A stretch of 45,109 bases of DNA from Candidatus Hydrogenedentales bacterium (lineage in GTDB: Bacteria > Hydrogenedentota > Hydrogenedentia > Hydrogenedentales > JAEUWI01): the NCBI GenBank assembly GCA_044359155.1, contig JBIKMR010000003.1:1-45109 (forward strand). Direction: 5' to 3'. This document shows, piece by piece, positions 37,960-45,109 of this stretch. Below the pieces are notes generated by a model. That model searched no databases, was not told where the DNA came from, and saw nothing but the letters and a program-made list of their open reading frames with translations. The position numbers and the translations under genes are program-made. Position 1 is the stretch's first letter, and the number at the start of each line of letters is the position of its first letter.

Positions 37960-37988
37960 TTGACACCCAACCCGACCAGTGGTACCCT
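37960..37988 (+). promoter_or_regulatory. Sigma70 promoter for the dockerin/cohesin cluster
   Basis: TTGACA-N17-TACCCT with an extended TG, 19 nt before ATG 38008. Confidence 0.55.
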
Positions 37989-38007
37989 TTAGGTATTGAG
38001 GGAAACC

Positions 38008-38526
38008 ATGTTCTGGCAACGGGTTATCACGGCATCACTTACCATTGCCCTGCTGCTTGCGGGCCCTGTACCGTGGGTGATTGCCGCCGCCATGCCTGCC
38101 GATACCAACGGCGACAATCAGGTGGACGTGCTGGACCTGCAACGCGCCATTGCCGCGCTGATGTCCCCCAACGCCAAGGCCCAACTGGCAGATGTAAACA
38201 ACGACGGCGCAGTCGATATCCTCGACGTGCAGCGCATCCTCAGCCAGACCAGCGAAACTTCGGCTCCCGTTCCTCCAGAGCAAGAACACCCTGCCCCCAC
38301 GGCCGTGCCGATACTCGGCACGCCACAGCCCATGCTGGCGAACCTGAACGAGCTTCGCCTTGCGCTGGCGCTGCCGCCACAGCCCTTACTCGCTCGCCCC
38401 CTTCCGGTGGACACGGATACCGTGCCGCCTCCCTCCGAGTATCGACTCACCTGTGGACTCTCGCCGCACGGTCCGCCAAGTCTGCAAGCGGAGCAACCAC
38501 GCCTTCACGCGGCACAAGCCGCCTGA
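38008..38526 (+). CDS. Small secreted dockerin-domain protein with Pro-rich tail (HGPP motif)
   Basis: Signal peptide; duplicated Ca-loop/helix ADTNGDNQVDVLDLQ and ADVNNDGAVDILDVQ. Confidence 0.8.
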   Translation: MFWQRVITASLTIALLLAGPVPWVIAAAMPADTNGDNQVDVLDLQRAIAALMSPNAKAQLADVNNDGAVDILDVQRILSQTSETSAPVPPEQEHPAPTAVPILGTPQPMLANLNELRLALALPPQPLLARPLPVDTDTVPPPSEYRLTCGLSPHGPPSLQAEQPRLHAAQAA

Positions 38527-38778
38527 AGGTATCCCCTTCGGCTGTATGATTACGGCATTGCCGCGTGTCCTGGGCAGGACACGCACAGGGCCATGCCGCA
38601 GGCAGGGGCAGCCAAGGGAACCGTTGCTTCGCACGCCACACGGCGCGCTTCCTGGGCGGGAACCGCGCCGCAACTCCGGTGAGAATAATTAGGGAAAAGT
38701 CGAATAACTTAGAGACATGCAAAACGCAGTGCGGCCCCGGGTGAAAACGCCTGGGGCGGATACTGAAGGACAGTGACC

Positions 38779-40074
38779 ATGAATACGATAGAGACACGGA
38801 TAAGGCTGCGGCCAGGGGTGTGGCTCGCCGCCGTGTGTTTTGCCTTGGCCTGTGGACCACCGGGCCATGCGCAACCTGAAGGGCTCTACGGCGACGTGAA
38901 CCGTGACGGCAGCATCGACATCCTTGATGTGCAAGGCACGGTGAACATGGCGCTTGGCGCAGCCACGTCCAACCCTGAAGCGGACGTGGACCTGAGCGCC
39001 GCCGTGGACGTGCTCGACGTGCAGAACATCACCAACACCGTGCTCGGCACGGGCGGGCTGGTGCAGCGGGTAGAGGGCAGCGTTGCCCTGCCCGAAGGCA
39101 GCAGCGCGCTCAAGGCCGTGGCGGTATCGGAAGATGGCCGCGTCGTCGAGACCAACGCAGACAGTGCAACCGGGGAATTCACCCTGGCCCTGCCCGTGCG
39201 CACCGCGTGGAGCCTTGCCTTCCTGGCAGGCGTTCCCGGCGCGGAAGGCTCGGTCGGGTCCGTGGTGTTCCCCATTGAATCCGGCGCCTCGGTGTCGCTG
39301 CCGCTGCCGAACCTTTCGCGCGGCAACACCCTCGACCTCGGGGCCGTCAACCTTGCGCCCGGCTCCGCCATTGGCGAAGACGTGCGCGACCTGCTGGCGG
39401 AAACCGCCGACCCGATTACGTTCGTGGACCTCAACGGCAACGGCGCGCCGGATGTCGTGGAAGAATGGCTGATACCGCTGCCCTTGGGCGATGCCGCCAT
39501 CCTCGGCTTGAGCGTGGACGACGAGGACGTGATCGAGTTGCTGGCGGTGCTGGCGGACTGTGCAGAGAGCCAGGGGCTGGAAGACTATGCCCCCAACCTG
39601 GGCGAGTACAGCAATGGCATTCCCATTGCCGTGCAGCCGCTGCTCGAATGCGTACCGCCGGTGCTTGAAGAATGGATTCGTGGCGAGGTGGATATCCAAT
39701 CCTGGATGGAACCCCTGCTCGATTCCATCGTGGCGAAGATCAGCCAGGAGATTGAGGAAGAGATCGAGGACTGGTTCGACGAGACGGAAATCCCCGAACT
39801 GGCCGATGGCAACAACAACGAGGTGCCCGACTTCATCGAGCCTGAGTTGTGTGTGGCTGCCGCGCCCGTGCCCGGGGTGGACCCCTCGTGCGTGCTGGAC
39901 GCCAATGGCGACGGTCTCCCCGATTTCAGTGCGGACGACAACGAGAACGGGACGGCCAACATCCTGGACCCCGAGTCGGCCCCCGACGACGCCGATGGCG
40001 ATGGCGTGCCTGACGCCATCGACATCGACGACGACAACGACGGCTTGCCTGACTACGCAGAAACGCAGGGGTAA
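38779..40074 (+). CDS. Secreted dockerin-domain protein with acidic Ca-binding (TSP3-like) repeats
   Basis: Signal peptide; GDVNRDGSIDILDVQ / ADVDLSAAVDVLDVQ; D.NGDG.PD and DADGDGVPDAIDIDDDNDGLPD repeats. Confidence 0.82.
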   Translation: MNTIETRIRLRPGVWLAAVCFALACGPPGHAQPEGLYGDVNRDGSIDILDVQGTVNMALGAATSNPEADVDLSAAVDVLDVQNITNTVLGTGGLVQRVEGSVALPEGSSALKAVAVSEDGRVVETNADSATGEFTLALPVRTAWSLAFLAGVPGAEGSVGSVVFPIESGASVSLPLPNLSRGNTLDLGAVNLAPGSAIGEDVRDLLAETADPITFVDLNGNGAPDVVEEWLIPLPLGDAAILGLSVDDEDVIELLAVLADCAESQGLEDYAPNLGEYSNGIPIAVQPLLECVPPVLEEWIRGEVDIQSWMEPLLDSIVAKISQEIEEEIEDWFDETEIPELADGNNNEVPDFIEPELCVAAAPVPGVDPSCVLDANGDGLPDFSADDNENGTANILDPESAPDDADGDGVPDAIDIDDDNDGLPDYAETQG

Positions 40075-40083
40075 GCAGAAGAC

Positions 40084-40884
40084 ATGAACACCACCCGGCG
40101 CATAGCGAGCACGCTTCTATCCCACTTGTTGGGATGGGCGTGTCTCGTCGCGCCGGGTGGTGCGGCCTTTGCCGCATCGCTCACGTTGGGCAGCGCGGTT
40201 ACCCAGCCCAGCCAGGACTTCAGCCTGCCGCTGGTGCTGACCCACTCCGAGGCCGAACCGGTCGCCGCCATCCAGTGCGACGTGACCTTCGACCCCAGCC
40301 GCTTCACGCTGACGGGCGCAACCGCCACCCAGTTACTCACCGACGCGGACAAGCAGCTAAAAACTTCTGAACTCAGTGCCGGGCGCTGGCGCATTGTGGC
40401 CTTTGGTTTTAACCAGAACATCATCCCCGCCGGGCAGGTGGCCAGCATCCTGTTCACCACCACAGCCGGGGCACCTGCGGGCGAGAATCTTATCCCCATC
40501 GAGAGCCCGATTCTCAGCAACACCAACGGCCAGCCGATACCCGTGACCACCAACCCCGCCACGGTGACAATTGGCCAGCCGAGTTTCCATAGCGCAGACA
40601 CCAACCAGAACCTCGTCATTGATCTGAACGAGCTTCTGCGTGGCATACAACTTTTTAACGCGGGCGAATACTTCTGCCAGCCCGGCAGCGAAGATGGCTA
40701 TGGCCTGTTCTCAGGAACGCGTGATTGCACGCCGCACAGCAGCGACTACAAGAACGGCGCGGACTGGCGTATCAACCTGACGGAGTTGTTGCGCCTCATC
40801 CAGTTCTTCAACCTGCGCGGCTACGTGCCCAGCAGTACCACCGAAGACGGCTTCGACCCGGCGGTTCCCAAACATGGGAACTAA
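40084..40884 (+). CDS. Secreted cohesin-domain protein with C-terminal HSAD module
   Basis: 'LPLVL...VAAIQCDVTFDPSRF...IPAGQVASILF...LSNTNG' cohesin pattern, then FHSADTNQ..IDLNELLRGIQLFN and HSSDY...INLTELLRLIQFFN. Confidence 0.75.
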   Translation: MNTTRRIASTLLSHLLGWACLVAPGGAAFAASLTLGSAVTQPSQDFSLPLVLTHSEAEPVAAIQCDVTFDPSRFTLTGATATQLLTDADKQLKTSELSAGRWRIVAFGFNQNIIPAGQVASILFTTTAGAPAGENLIPIESPILSNTNGQPIPVTTNPATVTIGQPSFHSADTNQNLVIDLNELLRGIQLFNAGEYFCQPGSEDGYGLFSGTRDCTPHSSDYKNGADWRINLTELLRLIQFFNLRGYVPSSTTEDGFDPAVPKHGN

Positions 40885-42121
40885 CGCCCGAAAAATATCC
40901 CGCCGCTTCGGGGCTTTCCTCCGCCTCGCAGCATTACTAATACTCCTCCTGTCAACCCCGCTTGCCCATGCGGCGCAGCTTACCTTGGGCGCGCCGCGTA
41001 TTGGGGCGAATGGATGGGAAGCGCCGCTCACGCTTATGCCCGGTTCGGGTGAGAACGTGGCCAGTATGCAGTTCGACTTGCTGGTGCCGCCGGGCATTAC
41101 CAATGCCGCATCGGCACAGGCTTCTCAAGCCGCCGCGCTGGCAGGCAAGCAGGCCATCTATTCCGTGGTGGGACCCGGGCAAGTGCGCGTGGTGATTGCC
41201 GGGCTGAACCAGTCCGCCCTGCAAGGGGGCGAAGTGGCCACGCTCTACCTTGGCCCAGCGGCCGAAGGGCAGGCCGCCCCAAGTGCATGGCTGGCCTCCC
41301 CCGTGCTGGCATCGCCGGCGGGTGAACGCGTGCCGGTGGAAACCGACAACCCCACCACCGAGGGCGAGGAGGACGACGAAGGCGAAGTAGCGGAAGACCC
41401 GGACGATGATCCTGACACCACGCCTGAGGGGGAAGCGGACCCCATTGACGATGACGACCCCAAGAGCACCGAGGGCGAAGCCACCGACGACGAGGGAAGT
41501 GGCGGAGGTGGCTCGCTGAATCCCTACTACCCCGGCGGCATGGGGGGAGGAGGCGGAGATTTCTCCAACGATGGCACTGCAAAGGCGAAGGCCAAAAAGA
41601 AGGCCAGCGCCGCCCGAACGAAGACTGCCGCCAACACCGCCGCTGCGGCCAAAGGTGCGAAGCCCGGTGGCAACCTGAATCCGCAGGCCGCACCGTACCG
41701 AGACCCCGGCGCGCCCAGCAAGGGCAAACCAGCGGCCCCGCCCGGTGGGCAATTTGGGCCGATACCTTTTGGCAAGGGAGCAACGGCAAGTGACTCCGCT
41801 ACGGAGGCCACACTGCCAACAGAAGTAGCGGCCTCCGAAGACTTCTCCACACAATTGGCTCAGCGTTCTGGCAGCAGCACATCGAATGGCGCAGCCCCCC
41901 CCCCGATTTCCACCGGGGGAGGAGGGGGGTTAGCCAATCCGCCAACTTTGATTTTGCTTCGGCAGGTATCCGGCCTTGGTTGGTGGGGCGGCCTTCTAGC
42001 CGTCCTGCTCGCCGCGTTGGCATTTTCCCTGATTATCAATCTCCTTCTTCGCGGGGAGGAACACTTCTTCCAAAAGGCCGTGAAGAAGATGAAAAAGCGC
42101 TCGCGTTCCAAGCAGCCCTAA
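40874..42121 (+). CDS. Cohesin-domain protein with acidic/low-complexity stalk and C-terminal TM anchor
   Basis: Signal peptide; 'VASMQFDL...AGKQ...VRVVIAGLNQ..L.GGEVATL...LASPAG'; a TM followed by KKMKKRSRSK. Confidence 0.72.
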   Translation: MGTNARKISRRFGAFLRLAALLILLLSTPLAHAAQLTLGAPRIGANGWEAPLTLMPGSGENVASMQFDLLVPPGITNAASAQASQAAALAGKQAIYSVVGPGQVRVVIAGLNQSALQGGEVATLYLGPAAEGQAAPSAWLASPVLASPAGERVPVETDNPTTEGEEDDEGEVAEDPDDDPDTTPEGEADPIDDDDPKSTEGEATDDEGSGGGGSLNPYYPGGMGGGGGDFSNDGTAKAKAKKKASAARTKTAANTAAAAKGAKPGGNLNPQAAPYRDPGAPSKGKPAAPPGGQFGPIPFGKGATASDSATEATLPTEVAASEDFSTQLAQRSGSSTSNGAAPPPISTGGGGGLANPPTLILLRQVSGLGWWGGLLAVLLAALAFSLIINLLLRGEEHFFQKAVKKMKKRSRSKQP

Positions 42122-42249
42122 ACTTCCGACGATCTGGACTACGTCCGCTTGCTGCCACTCTCAGGATTTTCCTGTTTTTAATTACGGAGTGGAGGCTGCT
42201 TAGTTGCCAATTGGAAATTAGGCGTTCTTACTTGAGCTTGAAACCCGGC

Positions 42250-42278
42250 TTCACTGTGCAAGCGAAAAAGGGTATTAT
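42250..42278 (+). promoter_or_regulatory. Putative sigma70 promoter
   Basis: TTCACT-N17-TATTAT, 50 nt upstream of GTG 42329. Confidence 0.4.
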
Positions 42279-42328
42279 CTGGGGTGCCGGTGGCGATTTG
42301 GCCGGGGCGCTTTCAGGGGAGATTTCAC

Positions 42329-45109
42329 GTGGGCAACACATTACGTATTATCATGGCGGGCGCGGCATTTTTGCTGGCGGGGGCCATGGCTCAGGCGGCG
42401 GAGATTCCCGTAACCAGCACGGCGGACAGCGGCGGGGGCTCACTGCGCGACGCCATCTTTGCGGCGAACCTCACTACGGGCGATGACATCATCGTGATTG
42501 AGCTGGCGGCGGGTTCGATCATTTCCGTGGATAGCGACCTGCCCGCGATATCGCGTCCCTTGCGGATTGAGGCGGACAACCCGCGCATCCAGTTGCAGCC
42601 CAGCCTTGTCAGCAGTGCATCGCGCGGGTTGCAGGCGAACAGTTCAACGGGGTCAGTAGAGTTTGTGGGGCTGGACATCAGCGGCTTCCCGGTGGGCGTG
42701 GTGGTGGCAGAAGGCATCATTGGCATGTACAGCACGGTGGTGCGAGACAATGACGGCGACGGTGTGCAGGTGAACAACGGGGTGTCCGGGGTCATTGGCA
42801 ACGAGGTGGACGGCTCTGAGGGCTGCTACATATATGGCAATGGGGGAGTGGGTATTCGGCTGGGCGCGGGCGGCAAGATGCCGAACGTGACCGTGCGCAA
42901 CAACCGCATTGGCGTGGGTCCGCTGGGCGAGGTGGACGGCAACTCGGGCGCGGGTCTGCTGGTGACCGGAACCGAGGCGGACGTGGAATTCTATATCTTG
43001 CGCAACCTGATTGCGGGCAATGGTGGCGCGGGTATTTCGGTGGAGAACGCGGAAGCGGGCTTCCTGATTGTGGGCGGCAACACCATTGGCCTTGGCGCGG
43101 ACAACGCGCCCGCAGGCAACCTTGGCGGCGGCATCAGCATCACCAACACGAGCACGCTGCTGGTGGGCGCAGCGGGCGGCGAATTGCCGGGGCGCGAACC
43201 GAATACCATTTCCAGCAACTTGACGTTCGGCGTGCAATTGACAGTGGAGTCAACCGGTTGCAGCATTAGCCGCAACGACATCGTTAGCACCGATGGCCCT
43301 GGCGTTCTGCTCACGGGCGGCGCTTTTGAAAACGTGGTGGTGAACAACACGCTCACCTCGAATACGGGTGCAGGCATTGAGGTTGCTGCAGCGGATTGCA
43401 TTGGCAACAACTTCACCGCGAATGAGTTTCGCCTGAACGGCGACCTGGTGGTGCTGGCGGAGGACGCACATGGCGGCCAGTTTCCCCCGGGAGTGAACGC
43501 GCTGTTTGACCGGCTTGAAGTTGCGGGGGCGCAGGGAGGCCAGTCTTTTGAATGGTATGCAGACGATGGCTCGGGCGAAGTGCTGCCCGCAGGCACAGGC
43601 ATATCGCAGCTATTCCTAGAAGACCTGAGCAGCCTTTACGGGCAGACCATCCGTGTGGCGGTGACGGATATCGACGATGGCACATCGGAACTGTCCGATG
43701 CTTACGAGATTCAACCCCCTGCCACGGTGACCGAGGACAGTTGCCCGGCGGGCGTGGCTTATGACGATGACGACGCTACGACCAGCGTGCAGCTTCCGGT
43801 AGAGGCGGAGGTCGGCGGCTTTGTGATGTTGTTCGAGCCACCTTCCGCGCCGTTCCACGTGCAGCAGGTCTGCCTAAAATTGCAGGCCGCTGGCACGGGC
43901 CCGCTGTTGGGGGCCGTGGCGTTTTACCAGAACCAAGGCGGCACGCCGGGCGCGCTGATTACGCGGGTACCCTTTGGGCTGCAATTGACGGAAGACCTCA
44001 CGTATTACAGCATCGACGTTACCGATCCGCGCATCAGCATCGAGTCGAGCAGCGTGTTCATTGGTTTGCTCTATAACAAAGACGCCGCGCCGAACGTGGC
44101 GCTGGCGGCAGACGCGGGCGAGGGCGTGACGGCGCGCCCCCTGTTCCGCCAGTTGACCAGCAACGGAGCGTGGGATTCCTTTGGAAGTGTGCCACTGGAG
44201 TTTGACGTGATCGGCGTGCGCGCATCGGGCGAAGAGACGGGCTGTAACGCGGGCATCGCGTTTGATGATGGCACCTTCGAGGGAAGCTTTGGACCTACGA
44301 GTGTCATCGCCGGGTTTGGGCTGGCTGCCACGCCGCCCTCGTATCCTTATGAATTCAGCGGCATGTGTATGCGCCTGTTTGCCAGCGATCGTCGGGCCAC
44401 GTTCAACGCCACGCTGAACGTGTATGGCTACGACCAAGGCACACTTGGCTCGCTGTTGTTGAGCACCCCTCTGGAAGCAGTGCCCCTAACCACATCACCC
44501 AGCTGGTTTTACTTTGCCCTTCCCAGCGGGGTCACCATTACCGAGAATCAGGCCTTCTTTGAAGTTGAATGGACACTCACTCAACCTGGCGTGGTCAACG
44601 AGGTGATGGGGTATGACGCGAACCCAGCCACACCGTTGCAGGATGCCTTTGCAAAGGCGGCGATTGATGGTTCTTTCGTTGCCATGAACCTGGTCGTCCC
44701 CGGTTCTCCATCGGTGCCCGCGTTCCGTTCGTTTGGGTGGCGCATTGATGGCGCTCCCGCAGGCGAGGGGGAAGGTACCGTGGACGGAGAGGGATCGATT
44801 GACGGAGAGGGCAGTGTGGATGGTGAGGGGAACATCGACGGCGAAGGCGACCCCACGGAAGGCGAGGGAGAAGGCGAAGGCGCAGTTGGTGTCCCCCACT
44901 CTGCTGACCCCGACGGCAATTTCATTATCGACTTGTCGGAAGTGTTGCGCGTGGTGCAGTTGTACAACGCGGACGGCTTCGGCTGCGATGCGGGCGAGGA
45001 AGACGGTTTCAGCACAAACCCCGCCGACCGCACCTGCGCGCCGCACAATGCAGACTACGATACTCAGGATTGGTTGTTGAGTCTGAGCGAGATGCTGCGC
45101 ATTGTGCAG
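42329..45109 (+). CDS. Large secreted protein (3'-truncated): CSLREA-like cap, parallel beta-helix, two tandem beta modules, EG linker, HSAD module
   Basis: Absent from the ORF track because no stop falls in the window. GGGGAG SD and GTG; MGNTLRIIMAGAAFLLAGAMAQA|AEIPVTSTADSGGGSLRDAI...; GN..G repeats. Frame +2 is still in register at GEGEG...PHSADPDGNFIIDLSEVLRVVQLYN. Confidence 0.85.
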   Translation, partial: MGNTLRIIMAGAAFLLAGAMAQAAEIPVTSTADSGGGSLRDAIFAANLTTGDDIIVIELAAGSIISVDSDLPAISRPLRIEADNPRIQLQPSLVSSASRGLQANSSTGSVEFVGLDISGFPVGVVVAEGIIGMYSTVVRDNDGDGVQVNNGVSGVIGNEVDGSEGCYIYGNGGVGIRLGAGGKMPNVTVRNNRIGVGPLGEVDGNSGAGLLVTGTEADVEFYILRNLIAGNGGAGISVENAEAGFLIVGGNTIGLGADNAPAGNLGGGISITNTSTLLVGAAGGELPGREPNTISSNLTFGVQLTVESTGCSISRNDIVSTDGPGVLLTGGAFENVVVNNTLTSNTGAGIEVAAADCIGNNFTANEFRLNGDLVVLAEDAHGGQFPPGVNALFDRLEVAGAQGGQSFEWYADDGSGEVLPAGTGISQLFLEDLSSLYGQTIRVAVTDIDDGTSELSDAYEIQPPATVTEDSCPAGVAYDDDDATTSVQLPVEAEVGGFVMLFEPPSAPFHVQQVCLKLQAAGTGPLLGAVAFYQNQGGTPGALITRVPFGLQLTEDLTYYSIDVTDPRISIESSSVFIGLLYNKDAAPNVALAADAGEGVTARPLFRQLTSNGAWDSFGSVPLEFDVIGVRASGEETGCNAGIAFDDGTFEGSFGPTSVIAGFGLAATPPSYPYEFSGMCMRLFASDRRATFNATLNVYGYDQGTLGSLLLSTPLEAVPLTTSPSWFYFALPSGVTITENQAFFEVEWTLTQPGVVNEVMGYDANPATPLQDAFAKAAIDGSFVAMNLVVPGSPSVPAFRSFGWRIDGAPAGEGEGTVDGEGSIDGEGSVDGEGNIDGEGDPTEGEGEGEGAVGVPHSADPDGNFIIDLSEVLRVVQLYNADGFGCDAGEEDGFSTNPADRTCAPHNADYDTQDWLLSLSEMLRIVQ

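Noticed and set aside
38575-38640. CACGCACAGGGC resembling the start of a c-di-GMP-I riboswitch
   Set aside because: It lacks the following GCAAA, GNRA tetraloop and receptor elements; probably chance.

Overview
GC-rich bacterial chromosomal window with no rRNA, tRNA, CRISPR array or transposase seen. The lineage is probably Candidatus Hydrogenedentota or a relative. That is an inference from the recurring 'HSAD..L.E(L/V)LR.(I/V)Q(F/L).N' module, the Glu-Gly linkers and the DUF1559-type protein. About 40 CDS are present. Housekeeping and metabolic genes include a PlcN C-terminus, ArnT-type GT, BVMO, acyl-CoA dehydrogenase, CobA-HemD, EttA, InfA, MaoC and OYE. There are also three toxin-antitoxin pairs, an orphan DUF5706 protein and a hybrid kinase/REC-EAL pair. 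Two loci stand out. (1) A sulfur-economy locus at 19.9-27.7 kb. An Rrf2-led leftward cluster (small ORF, rrf2, yezD, frameshifted OprO/P porin, unannotated 54-aa peptide, sbp-cysTWA) has strongly sulfur-depleted porin, Sbp and small proteins. It sits back-to-back with a gene for a 156-aa protein that is 48% Met+Cys, a candidate sulfur-storage protein. Three related palindromic operator-like sites lie in this locus. (2) A non-cellulolytic cohesin-dockerin surface-assembly cluster at 38.0-45.1 kb. It has two dockerin proteins, a cohesin adaptor and a membrane-anchored cohesin, followed by a large beta-helix protein, and its first gene carries a possible HGPP ribosome-arrest motif. All family calls come from motif recognition by eye; no searches were run.
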